A model generated the notes under the pieces. The model ran no database searches. It saw only the letters and a list, made by a program, of their open reading frames with translations, and was not told where the DNA came from. A program made the position numbers and the translations under genes. From contig CAVYIM010000004.1 in NCBI GenBank assembly GCA_963768655.1, forward strand, positions 224,001 through 288,000: a stretch of 64,000 nt of DNA, read 5' to 3'. Source of the DNA: an uncultured Chloroflexia bacterium (lineage in GTDB: Bacteria; Chloroflexota; Limnocylindria; Limnocylindrales; CSP1-4). Position 1 is the stretch's first letter; every line of letters starts with the position of its first letter. Below are positions 1-9,088 of this stretch, piece after piece.

Positions 1-531
1 GCCCCAGCTCATCATCTCGTGGTTGTCGTCGAGCCAGATGACCTTGCCGTCATCGTGCTGGCCCCACGGGGCGGAGTCGAGCAACTCCGCCAGGGGCGGC
101 GGGTCATCGTTGCCGAGCATGAAGAAGAGGCGCTTGCCGGTGGGTCGCAGACGCTCGTCGGCGAGCGTCAGCCAGCCTTCGAGGCGCCGGCGCATGAGTT
201 GCAGGAATAGCTCGTCGAGTGTGCCCGACGCTTTGCGCGCCTCGAGCTCGCCCGGTTCGGCGCGATAGGGGTAGTAGCCGTGATCTTCGATGAGTTTCTC
301 GAGGGCAGCCAGCTCCGGCCCGTCTTCGAGCTCGTAGTTGGTGCCGATGAAGCTGCAGCTGAACTTGCCGCCCGGCCCGCGCACCAGCGTCTGGATCGCC
401 TTGCCGGCAAGATCGCCGCCCAGGACCATGACGTCGGCGCCGTAGACGGGACCGGCGTTGATGAACTTGCGGAAGCACTTCGACGACCCGTGGAGATCGG
501 TCACGAAGTAGAGCCGCGTCTTGCCCGCCAT
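1..531 (-). CDS. Icc-related metallophosphoesterase (runs off the window start)
   Basis: Manual translation from ATG at 531: MAGKTRLYFVTDLHGS..VLGGDLAGK..MLGNDD, matching the calcineurin-like DxH, GD and GNxD motifs. Absent from the ORF track because it is truncated. Confidence 0.85.
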   Translation of the reverse strand, partial: MAGKTRLYFVTDLHGSSKCFRKFINAGPVYGADVMVLGGDLAGKAIQTLVRGPGGKFSCSFIGTNYELEDGPELAALEKLIEDHGYYPYRAEPGELEARKASGTLDELFLQLMRRRLEGWLTLADERLRPTGKRLFFMLGNDDPPPLAELLDSAPWGQHDDGKVIWLDDNHEMMSWG

Positions 532-542
532 CTTGGTGGCCG

Positions 543-1358
543 TCAGGCGCCGGCCGAGGCGCGGACCCGGCGGACGGCGTCCATCAGGCGGTTAGCGCGA
601 TCGGGATCGACGGCGTTCCAGGTGATGCCGTCCACCTTGAGGCCTGTGCCGACGATCGCCCCGTCGGCGACCTTGAGGATCTCCGGGATCCGATCCACGG
701 TGACGCCCGTGTTGGCTATGACGGGCGTCTCCGGAGCCGCCTCTTTGGCCGCGATCAGGTCGCCCATGGCCATCGGGCTGCCGGCCGCCCAGCCGCTGAT
801 TAGGATCGCGTCCATGCCCATGAACGCGGCGCCCCGGGCCCGATCGGCCACGCTCCGTGTCCCCAGAGGGCTGCTGAACTCGGGCGAGATGTTGTCGAAG
901 AGGGCCACGTTCGTGGCACCGATGGCGGTTCGATAGCCGGCGATCTCGCCGATGCTCGGCGCGATCATGCCCAGGTCCGACTCGTAGACACCGGTCAGCA
1001 CCTCGCGGATGAACGAAGCGCCGGTGGCACGGGCGACCGCCAGGGTGGCAATGGGGTCCCAGAGCAGGTTGACGCCGAAGGGGACGCGAATGCGCTCGCG
1101 CAGCCGGCCGACGGTCGCCGCCATCGCCGTCGCGATCTCCACGTCCACCTTGACCTGATAGGGGTAGTCCTTCTCATTGCAGAAGAGCACGCCGTCGACG
1201 CCGGCTTCCTGCAGGGCGTCGAGATCGCGCGCCACCGGAGCCAGGATGGCGTCCGGCCCACCCTCGACGTCATGAAGAGGACGTCCCGGCAGACCGGGCA
1301 GATGAAGCATCGCGACGATCGGCTTCTGGACGCCGAAGATGCGGTCCAGGCTGCTCAT
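543..1358 (-). CDS. BtpA/SgcQ family TIM-barrel protein
   Basis: MLHLPGLPG, NEKDYPY, PFGVNLLWD, ANTGV and ADGAIVGTGLK motifs; start trimmed to MSSLDR. Confidence 0.9.
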   Translation of the reverse strand: MSSLDRIFGVQKPIVAMLHLPGLPGRPLHDVEGGPDAILAPVARDLDALQEAGVDGVLFCNEKDYPYQVKVDVEIATAMAATVGRLRERIRVPFGVNLLWDPIATLAVARATGASFIREVLTGVYESDLGMIAPSIGEIAGYRTAIGATNVALFDNISPEFSSPLGTRSVADRARGAAFMGMDAILISGWAAGSPMAMGDLIAAKEAAPETPVIANTGVTVDRIPEILKVADGAIVGTGLKVDGITWNAVDPDRANRLMDAVRRVRASAGA

Positions 1359-1365
1359 GCTGATC

Positions 1366-2175
1366 TCAAGCCTCCGTTGCCTCTTCCTGTTCCGTCCGCC
1401 GGCGGTCCCCGGCGACTGCGACAACGACCGTCATGCCCAGGGACCGAAGCGCGTCCAGCGGCTCGGCCGGAGCGGAGGCGTCGGTAACGAGGGTGTGAAT
1501 GCTCTGGGCCGGCGCGACCATGGCGCTGGCCGCCTGCCCGATCTTCGACCCGTCGGCGATCACCATCAGCCGCTCGCTTCTCTCGATCGCGACCCGGTGG
1601 ATCTCGGCCTCCTCGTCGTTGAGGTCGGTCAAGCCCCAGCGCGCGGTCAATCCGGCGGTGCCCAGAACGGCCAGGTCGAAGCGGTACCGCTCCAGCGTGG
1701 CGCGAGCGGCGGGACCGACGCAGCTCAACTCGTCGCGCCTGACGTCGCCTCCCAGGACCACGGCGCGCGAGGGGCGCGTACCCATCAGACCGGCGATCGG
1801 CAGTGAGCCGGTCACGACGGTCAGATCGGCCCAGGCCGGGAGATACCGCGCGAAATGCTCGGCGGTGGTGCCGATGCCGACATAGATCAGGCGCGCATCC
1901 CCGATGAGGTCGACCGCGGTTAGGGCGATGAGCCGTTTCTCGCGGGCGTTGGCCAGGGCGCGGGCGTTGAAGGCCACATCCAGGGAGCGGGTGAGGTGGG
2001 CCGTGGCTCCGCCGTAGGTGCGGCGCAGGAAGCCGTCGTGCTCCAGGCGCGTTATGTCGCGCCGGATCGTCATCTCCGAGCAACGGTACTCCCGCGCGAG
2101 ATCCGCGACCTGGATCGACTCGCCGTCCGCGACTCGCTCCAGGATCTTCAGGCGGCGGTCGGTGGCTAGTGGCAT
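1366..2175 (-). CDS. DeoR/GlpR family transcriptional regulator
   Basis: HTH SEMTIRRDI..RTYGGA, then GTT and ADGSKIG in the sensor domain; start trimmed to MPLATD. Confidence 0.92.
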   Translation of the reverse strand: MPLATDRRLKILERVADGESIQVADLAREYRCSEMTIRRDITRLEHDGFLRRTYGGATAHLTRSLDVAFNARALANAREKRLIALTAVDLIGDARLIYVGIGTTAEHFARYLPAWADLTVVTGSLPIAGLMGTRPSRAVVLGGDVRRDELSCVGPAARATLERYRFDLAVLGTAGLTARWGLTDLNDEEAEIHRVAIERSERLMVIADGSKIGQAASAMVAPAQSIHTLVTDASAPAEPLDALRSLGMTVVVAVAGDRRRTEQEEATEA

Positions 2176-2250
2176 GGGGGAGTCTTCCAGGCTTGGGGCC
2201 TTCCCGCCCCGACGAAGGCACTCACACACTCGAACATTGCGAATGATGAT

Positions 2251-2297
2251 ATCGCACATAACTTGATTGACGCTAGGTGTGCGATTGTGTTTACTAT
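2251..2297. promoter_or_regulatory. Inverted repeat ATCGCACA/TGTGCGAT flanking a TTGACG -35 box; TACTAT -10 candidate; probable DeoR operator
   Basis: Arms at 2251-2258 and 2278-2285, TTGACG at 2267-2272, TACTAT at 2292-2297 (19-nt spacer, long), in a divergent intergenic region. Confidence 0.5.
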
Positions 2298-2405
2298 CCC
2301 GTGGGCCGAATGACTGTCAAGCGGCGGACCCCGCTGTGAGGCCCGGGCAACAGCCCCTCCTCGGCCGGAGTAGCGGTCCTCGGCAGGACCGCCAGGAGGT
2401 GACGA

Positions 2406-4022
2406 GTGGCAGGAGGAAGTCAGCTCTTCGTCCGCCAGAGCACGGGTCTGGTGCGAGAGGCCAACGCCCTCGACGCGACGATCTTCAACGCCGTGTTCTC
2501 GGCGCCTGTCGGCGCCACGTTGGCCTGGGGAGTCTTCTTCGCCCTATCGGCTTTTCCGGGCTCCGACCTGGTCTGGGCGACGATCATCTCCTTCATCATC
2601 AACATCCCCGTGCTGCTGATGATGGCGCTGCTGGCGTCGAGCATGCCGCGCACGGGCGGTGACTACGTCTGGGTGAGCCGGATTCTCTCCCCGCCGCTGG
2701 CTCTCGTCTCCAACTTCGGGGCGGCGCTGTCGGCCACGATCGGGGCCACGTTTTGGGCCCGTTACTTCCCGGTCTACGCGCTCGGCCCGATTCTGGCGAC
2801 CCTGGGCATCACCTTCAGCAACCACACTCTGATCGACTGGGGCAACAGCTTCCAGACGGACACTCACTGGGTCTTCGTCGGGGCCATGGTCATGGTCGTC
2901 CTGATGGGTGCGATCCTGATCGCCGGCCTGCGGACGACGTTCCGCTGGCAGAACGCGTTCTGGATCATCGCCTCCGCCGGCACGTTCCTGGCCTTCATCG
3001 TGCTGGTCTTCGGCAGCCACACCGACTTCGTCAACAACTTCAACTCGGTCAGCGCCACGTACGGTAGCCCCAGCGCCTCAACCCTCATCGCCAACGCCGG
3101 GGTCACTCCCGGTTCCGGGCCGGACGCGGGCAACATGAACGCAACTCTGCCGTCCGTCTTCGTAATCATGACCTTCATGATGTGGAACTGGTGGTCGGTG
3201 TACCTGAGCGGCGAGCTCAAGAGCGCCGCCAACCGCGCCCGCCAGCTGACCATCATGTTCGGGGCGCTCGCCTGGGACGTGATCTTCATCGTCGTCGGCG
3301 TGATGCTCCTCTTCAAGGTGACCGGCTACGACTTCATGGTCGCGGTCAACTCGGCCACCTCCGGCTACCTGGTCCCGACAGGGCCCTGGTACCACTTCCT
3401 GGCGGCGCTGGTGTACAACGCGCCGATCCTGACCTTCCTGATCGTCGGGTCGTTCCTCTTCTGGAGCCTCCCGGCCATGGTCGGCAACACCTACATGCCG
3501 ATCCGGTCGTGGTTCGCCTGGTCCTTCGATCGGCTGCTTCCTGAGAAGCTGTCCGAGGTCAACGAGCGGACCCACTCGCCGGTTTGGGCGATCCTGTTCG
3601 AGATGGCGCTGGTCACCGTGATGCTCATCTGGAGCATCATCAGCACCACGTTCGGCACCTGGCTCGCGCTCGGCGTGCTGGCGGGTGTCGTCTGCGTCGT
3701 CATAGTCGGCTTCGCGGCGATCGCCTTCCCATTCCGCCGGCCGGACCTGTACCAGGCCTCTCCGGCGAACTGGAAGGTGGCCGGTATTCCGGTCCTGTTC
3801 GTCGTCGCTCCGCTCTCCATCGTCGTGATGTGCTTCCTGACCTGGTGCACGCTGGCCTACCCGGCACTGGCGATCGGCACAACGGCCAACTACTGGTGGG
3901 TCCCGGCCTTCATGGGCATGATCGTGGTGGTCGGACTCGTGGTGTTCTACGTCTCCAAGCTCGTCAGACGACGGCAAGGGATCGACATCGACCTCGTCTA
4001 CAAGGAACTCCCGCCGGAGTGA
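2406..4022 (+). CDS. APC family amino acid/polyamine permease
   Basis: LFVRQSTGLVRE, MPRTGGDYVWVSR, FAWSFDRLLP and YKELPPE terminus; about 12 hydrophobic segments. Confidence 0.92.
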   Translation: MAGGSQLFVRQSTGLVREANALDATIFNAVFSAPVGATLAWGVFFALSAFPGSDLVWATIISFIINIPVLLMMALLASSMPRTGGDYVWVSRILSPPLALVSNFGAALSATIGATFWARYFPVYALGPILATLGITFSNHTLIDWGNSFQTDTHWVFVGAMVMVVLMGAILIAGLRTTFRWQNAFWIIASAGTFLAFIVLVFGSHTDFVNNFNSVSATYGSPSASTLIANAGVTPGSGPDAGNMNATLPSVFVIMTFMMWNWWSVYLSGELKSAANRARQLTIMFGALAWDVIFIVVGVMLLFKVTGYDFMVAVNSATSGYLVPTGPWYHFLAALVYNAPILTFLIVGSFLFWSLPAMVGNTYMPIRSWFAWSFDRLLPEKLSEVNERTHSPVWAILFEMALVTVMLIWSIISTTFGTWLALGVLAGVVCVVIVGFAAIAFPFRRPDLYQASPANWKVAGIPVLFVVAPLSIVVMCFLTWCTLAYPALAIGTTANYWWVPAFMGMIVVVGLVVFYVSKLVRRRQGIDIDLVYKELPPE

Positions 4023-4041
4023 TCCCCCCACTCCGCAGTAC

Positions 4042-4075
4042 GCAGCGGCCCCGGCTGCAAGGTCGGGGCCGCTGC
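4042..4075 (+). terminator. Hairpin after the permease gene
   Basis: 12-bp stem GCAGCGGCCCCG / CGGGGCCGCTGC. Confidence 0.6.
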
Positions 4076-4128
4076 TGTTACTCTCGGATCTGCATACATC
4101 CCGCGACTCGACCCCTGGAGCGCTGCTC

Positions 4129-4887
4129 GTGCCCGACAACCCGCCGATCCTGTCCGACATCCGGGCCGAGGCACAGCGTCTGGCCGCGCTTGCCGTCGCG
4201 GAGAAGGTCCCGATGCGGCTCATGGGCGGCCTGGCCGTCTGGCTCCGCTCCGAGTCGGTCCGAAAGCCGCCCTTCGCCCGCGACTACGCGGACATGGACT
4301 TCGCCGCGACCTCAAAGGGGCGCGCGGCACTGAAGTGCTTCCTCGAGGATCAGGGCTACGTCCCCGAGAAGCTCTTCAACGCCATCCACGGTGCGCAGCG
4401 GCTCAACTACGCCGAACCCAACGGCCGCTGGACGATGGACATCCTGATCGACGAGCTGGCGATGAGCCATCGCCTGGACCTGCGGGATCGGCTCGACGGC
4501 CCGCAACCCACGATCCCGCTGGCGGACCTGGTCCTGACCAAGCTGCAGATCTGGGAGATCAACCGAAAGGATCTCGGCGACGTGCTTTGCCTGCTGGCCG
4601 ACCATCCGCTCGGCCAGGATGGCGACGGTGTGATCGGGCTGGACAGGATCGGAGCGGTGCTGGGGGCGAACTGGGGCTTCTGCCACACGGCCGAACGCAA
4701 CCTGGCCAAGGTGGCGGAGCTGTGGGCCGCCGAGCCCGCAGACGGGGCTCCATTCGATGTCGCGCGCCAGGTCGAGATGATCGTGGCGGCCATCTCGGCC
4801 GCGCCCAAGTCGATGGGGTGGAAGACGCGCGCCCGGATCGGGGAGCGGCTGCGCTGGTACGAGACGCCCGAAGAGGTCCAGCACTAG
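4129..4887 (+). CDS. Nucleotidyltransferase-fold hypothetical protein
   Basis: LMGGLAV...RDYADMDF (GG plus DxD, Pol-beta-type motif) and LTKLQI..INRKD. Confidence 0.7.
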   Translation: MPDNPPILSDIRAEAQRLAALAVAEKVPMRLMGGLAVWLRSESVRKPPFARDYADMDFAATSKGRAALKCFLEDQGYVPEKLFNAIHGAQRLNYAEPNGRWTMDILIDELAMSHRLDLRDRLDGPQPTIPLADLVLTKLQIWEINRKDLGDVLCLLADHPLGQDGDGVIGLDRIGAVLGANWGFCHTAERNLAKVAELWAAEPADGAPFDVARQVEMIVAAISAAPKSMGWKTRARIGERLRWYETPEEVQH

Positions 4888-4955
4888 CCTGGGGACCGCG
4901 GCGCAGGGAGTGCCCGGTGCCGCGAGCCGCCGGCGGCGCGCCACCCCCCCGCTCG

Positions 4956-5810
4956 TCACCGGAATGCGGCCAGCACCTCCCGGCCGAGGACCTCGATGGA
5001 GCGCGTTGAGACGGGACCGGGCCAGGCGTCGAGGACGATCCGATCGACCCCCGCCAGAGCGTAGCCCGAGAAGAGCCGCCGCTGCTCGGACGGAGTGGCG
5101 CGGGCGATGTCCCCGTCCCAGGCCAGCATCGCCGAGCGGCGGATCGTCGCCGGGTCCCGACTCACGTCGCGGCAGGCGTTGGACAACCGCTCGAAGACGT
5201 CGAGGCAGCGGTCGGGGCTCGGGTTGTCCAGGTTCAGCTCTTCCGCGTACAGCGCCGCCAACCGAACCAGCCTGGGCTTGCCGTAGCCGCCGACGACGAT
5301 GGGCGGATGGGGCTTCTGCACCGGCTTGGGCTCGCACACCGCATTCGCCAGCCGGTAGTGGCGTCCGTGGAAGCTGAAGAGGGGTTTCGTCCAGAGCCCG
5401 ATCAGGATCTGCAGCTGCTCCTCGAGCATCTCGAACCGTTCCGTCATCGACGGAAAGGGGATCCCGAAGCGTTCGTGCTCCGCGTCGTACCAGCCGGCGC
5501 CGATCCCCAGGTCGACGCGTCCGTCGCTTATCTCGTCGACGGTCGTGACCGCCTTCGCGAGCGCGACGGGCAGACGGAAGGTGACGGGGCTGACCATCGT
5601 CCCGAGGCGGATGTGGGTCGTGTCCCGGGCCAGCGCGGCGAGCGACGTCCAGGCGTCGGTGGCGTGCGCCGACCAGTCGCCCTTGAGCGACAGCCAGTGG
5701 TCCGATCGGACGAACGACTCGAACCCGGCTGATTCTGCCGCCTGAGCCAGGTCGCGCATGCGCGAGTAGGGCAGGCCTTCCTGCGGATCGACCATGAAAG
5801 CGAAGCGCAT
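4956..5810 (-). CDS. LLM class (putative F420-dependent) oxidoreductase
   Basis: RSDH, IRLGTMVSPVTFR, GIGAGWYDAEH and PKPVQKPHPPIVVGG; start MRFAFM. Confidence 0.9.
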   Translation of the reverse strand: MRFAFMVDPQEGLPYSRMRDLAQAAESAGFESFVRSDHWLSLKGDWSAHATDAWTSLAALARDTTHIRLGTMVSPVTFRLPVALAKAVTTVDEISDGRVDLGIGAGWYDAEHERFGIPFPSMTERFEMLEEQLQILIGLWTKPLFSFHGRHYRLANAVCEPKPVQKPHPPIVVGGYGKPRLVRLAALYAEELNLDNPSPDRCLDVFERLSNACRDVSRDPATIRRSAMLAWDGDIARATPSEQRRLFSGYALAGVDRIVLDAWPGPVSTRSIEVLGREVLAAFR

Positions 5811-5900
5811 CGGTCGACTCCAAACGCACCCTGGGCGCGGCGTTCGAGCGCGCCCGATCAATTCTGCACCGGCTCGTCGTGGATCGGCCGTCGATGTCCC

Positions 5901-5999
5901 GCGCCACACGCCGGGCCGGCGCCACAGGCCGGGCCGGCGCCACAGGCCGGGCCGGCGCCACAGGCCGGGCCGGCGCCACAGGCCGGGCCGGCGCCACCG
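5901..5999. repeat. Tandem repeat of the 18-bp unit GCCGGGCCGGCGCCACAG, 5 copies plus a partial
   Basis: Units start at 5910, 5928, 5946, 5964 and 5982, with no spacers. Confidence 0.95.
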
Positions 6000-6131
6000 G
6001 GGCGGTCAGGGGAAGCGGCCAGGGGTAGCGAAGAGAGCCTGACGGCGGAGCGAACCGAAGGTAGGATCGAACCCGCACACGCGGCCCACCCGACCGCGCC
6101 AGAGACGCCCCAGCTTTTCGGGAGGCAGAAC

Positions 6132-6716
6132 GTGGCGGAGTTGAAGATCGAGCCGGCCAGGACTGCGCTCGTTGTCATCGACCTCCAGCGCGGGATCGTG
6201 TCCATGCCCGCCGCGCCGCATCCCCCAGCGGAAGTCGTGGCCCGAGCCGCGGAGCTCGCGAAGGCAACGCGGGCCGCCGGGGGCACGGTCGTCCTCGTCC
6301 ACATCACTCGCTCGCCAGACGGCAAGGACGGTCTCAGGCCGACCACCGATACGCCGCCGGCCTGGGCCGGTGGCCGCTCGCTCCCGCCGGATTGGTCGGA
6401 GATCGCCCCGGAGCTCGGCCCGGAGACCAACGACATCGTCATCGGCAAGCACCAGTGGGGCGCCTTCTACGGCACCGACCTGGATCTCCAGCTGCGCCGC
6501 CGGGGCATCGACACGATTGTCCTGTGCGGTATCGCGACCAACGTCGGGGTCGAGAGCACGGCCCGCGACGCCTACGAGCGCGGCTACGATCAGATCTTCG
6601 TGGAGGACGCCACGTCGGCCCGCGACCCGGAAGAGCATCGCCATACCGTGCTGACACTGTTCCCTCGGATCGGCCGAGTCCGATCGACCGCGGAAGTCAT
6701 CGCGGCCATCGTGTAG
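6132..6716 (+). CDS. Isochorismatase family cysteine-hydrolase-like protein (YecD-like)
   Basis: TALVVIDLQ, KHQWGAFYGTDLD and GIATNVGVESTAR. Confidence 0.9.
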   Translation: MAELKIEPARTALVVIDLQRGIVSMPAAPHPPAEVVARAAELAKATRAAGGTVVLVHITRSPDGKDGLRPTTDTPPAWAGGRSLPPDWSEIAPELGPETNDIVIGKHQWGAFYGTDLDLQLRRRGIDTIVLCGIATNVGVESTARDAYERGYDQIFVEDATSARDPEEHRHTVLTLFPRIGRVRSTAEVIAAIV

Positions 6717-6820
6717 CCAACGGCCCTTCTTACACAGCGCTTACATCGAGGCCGTGGGCGATCGGCCCTGGGCCGCCCATCATTGATCGTGTCCACTCGA
6801 CGTGGCCCACCGGAGAACTA

Positions 6821-7165
6821 GTGCAAACACGAGACCGGGTCCGAGCCGTTGGGTTCGCGGCAGCCGCGCTGCTTCTCGGCGCGGCCGTGATCGCGTGTGG
6901 CCCGCGCTCGGCAGCCGGCGCGAGCCCGACCAATGGACCGTCGGCGACCTCGGGCGTGGCCTCGCCGGGTGCCTCGTCCACGGAGCTGACCACCGCCTCG
7001 CCGAGTTCGAGCGCCTCCGCTTCGGCTTCGGCTTCCGCCTCCGCCTCCGGCCCAACGGCGCCGGCCACTCCGGATCCCGTGGCCAGCGAGCTGGACCAGA
7101 TCAATCAGCTCATCAACGAGCTCAACAACTCGATCTCGGATTCGTCCCAACAGGGCGGCGAGTAG
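6821..7165 (+). CDS. Putative lipoprotein with Ser/Ala/Thr-rich linker
   Basis: GTG after GGAG; signal peptide ending VIA-C; low-complexity linker; short C-terminal helix. Confidence 0.6.
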   Translation: MQTRDRVRAVGFAAAALLLGAAVIACGPRSAAGASPTNGPSATSGVASPGASSTELTTASPSSSASASASASASASGPTAPATPDPVASELDQINQLINELNNSISDSSQQGGE

Positions 7166-7189
7166 GCCGCCACGTCAAAGGAACTGCTC

Positions 7190-7954
7190 ATGTACGCCCG
7201 CATTCGCAATGTCATCGCCGCCGTCGGGGCCGCCGCGCTGGTCGTGGTCTCGTCCTCGAGCGCGGGCGCCGTCTCGCCCGCTCCGGTTTCGGGAGGCCCT
7301 CTCGGTTCGGGAATCTGCGCGGCTCAGGCTCTGGCGGCGCGCACGGCCGGGACGGTGGTGGCGTTTCGGACCTTCGGCGATTGCGAGATAGGGCGTCGCC
7401 AGGTCACGCTCGCCAAGCTGACCTCGGCGGTCGATGGATCGACTGTTCTCACGGCGTCCGATCGGGCCGCGCTGACGGCCGAGATCGGGGCTGCATCGTC
7501 CGGCCTGGCCGACCTCAAGTCGACCATCGACGGCCAGGCCCGGCTTCCGGCACTGAAGCTCGAGATCGTCCAGATCAACTCCAGGTACCGCGTCTACCTC
7601 CTCGTCGCGCCGCAGGTCTATCTGGTCGACGCAGCCGACGGCGTGCTCGCGTTGCAGTCCTCCTTCACGCAGACGGCGGCGGACCTGGCAGCCCGGATCG
7701 CGACGGCAAGTGCGAACGGGAAAGACGTGACTGCAGCCCAGGCAAGCCTTGACGGCATGAACGGTGAAGTCGCCGCGGCCATGGCGCTGGCTTCGCCGCT
7801 GCCGGCGAAGCTCCTGCCGCTGACTGCGGCGGCGTGGAACTCCGGGCTAGCCGGGCCGGTTGTGAGGGATGCGCGCGCGGCGCTGATCTCGGCGCGCGGT
7901 CACCTCCAAGCCGCGGTCAAGCTCGGCCGCGCGGTGCTCGTCGCCCTGCAGTAG
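7190..7954 (+). CDS. Secreted alpha-helical hypothetical protein
   Basis: N-terminal signal-like segment; Ala/Leu-rich helical body. Confidence 0.7.
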   Translation: MYARIRNVIAAVGAAALVVVSSSSAGAVSPAPVSGGPLGSGICAAQALAARTAGTVVAFRTFGDCEIGRRQVTLAKLTSAVDGSTVLTASDRAALTAEIGAASSGLADLKSTIDGQARLPALKLEIVQINSRYRVYLLVAPQVYLVDAADGVLALQSSFTQTAADLAARIATASANGKDVTAAQASLDGMNGEVAAAMALASPLPAKLLPLTAAAWNSGLAGPVVRDARAALISARGHLQAAVKLGRAVLVALQ

Positions 7955-8126
7955 CGGCGGGAGTTGCGCGCGTCGCCCCGGCGGGCCCACAATCCACGCC
8001 CGTTTGCCGCGGCCTTCAGGAACCGGCTTTCCCTCTAGGCGTTGACCCTGGGAGGGTCTTCAGCCGCCGTAGCGGACCGCCGACTATTCCATACGGAGGG
8101 GCCGACACACTGGCAAGGAGCTACGC

Positions 8127-8861
8127 GTGGACGGCTTGTCATCGGTGCAGCTGAACGTCGCCTCGCTGGGCGCGTCTCAGCTCACATCCCCCCAGTCCTG
8201 GCGCACGCACAGCCATCCGGCAATGGATGCCGCGGCTACGACGCTGGGCATGAGCGCGAGCGACCTCCGCACTGCACTGCAGAGCGGCCAGAGCCTCGCA
8301 TCTATCGCCTCGTCCAAGGGCATCAGCGAGGACACGTTGACCGCGGCGATGGCGGCCGCGATCGAGCAGGCAAATCCCGGCATCTCCGCCGATCAGGCCA
8401 CCAAGGTCGCGACGGCGATCGCGTCCCGCACGCCTCCAACGGGTTCCACGCCCGCCCAGACCGGCAGTTCCAGCGGCGCCACCCAGGCGACGGCCGGGAC
8501 GACCGGAACGACCGGCACCACTGCAACCAGCGGCCACCACCATCACCACCACCATCACGCCATGAGCACGGCGATGGACGCGACCGCGCAACTGCTCGGC
8601 ACGACGACCAGCGCTCTCGAGACCTCACTCCAGAGCGGCCAGACCCTCGCCCAGATCGCGTCGGCGCAGGGCGTCAGCCAGAACGATCTGGTCACGGCGA
8701 TCTCGAACGCGCTGCAGCAGGCCGACTCGAACCTCTCCTCCGACCAGGCCACCCAGCTGGCCACGACCCTGGCCACCGGCACGCCGCCGGCCGGCGGGAC
8801 TCAGCCCTGGGCAACCGGGACGACGGGCACCTCGACGAGCACGTACAACGTCGTCGCCTGA
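8127..8861 (+). CDS. Hypothetical protein with two tandem homologous domains and a His8 tract
   Basis: AAGGAG RBS; repeated MDA.A..LG...S.L.T.LQSGQ.LA.IAS..G.S...L domain; HHHHHHHH linker. Confidence 0.75.
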   Translation: MDGLSSVQLNVASLGASQLTSPQSWRTHSHPAMDAAATTLGMSASDLRTALQSGQSLASIASSKGISEDTLTAAMAAAIEQANPGISADQATKVATAIASRTPPTGSTPAQTGSSSGATQATAGTTGTTGTTATSGHHHHHHHHAMSTAMDATAQLLGTTTSALETSLQSGQTLAQIASAQGVSQNDLVTAISNALQQADSNLSSDQATQLATTLATGTPPAGGTQPWATGTTGTSTSTYNVVA

Positions 8862-8880
8862 ACGCGTTCGCCGGACAAAC

Positions 8881-8919
8881 AAGCAGCCGGTCGCGGAGGG
8901 GGGGAGCGACCGGCTGCTT
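8881..8919. terminator. Perfect 14-bp stem hairpin between convergent genes
   Basis: AAGCAGCCGGTCGC (8881-8894) / GCGACCGGCTGCTT (8906-8919). Confidence 0.75.
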
Positions 8920-9088
8920 CTCATTTGCGACCGGGCTGGATACCCGGCTCGGCCACGAGCGCATTGGGCCAGCCGATCCTGATGAAACGCTGAAATCTGG
9001 ACGCATTCGAGGGATTTCCCCGACCTCTTTCGGCGGGCATTTCCGCCGCGGCCGGGGCCAGCGGCTCCTGACCCACCCGTTCCCTGGC

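Noticed and set aside
5901-5999. Possible CRISPR array
   Set aside because: The units are contiguous 18-mers with no spacers, and no cas genes are in the window.
8975-9020. Hammerhead-like CTGATGA...GAAA
   Set aside because: Stem II would be about 1 bp, and I could not form stem I around a cleavage triplet.
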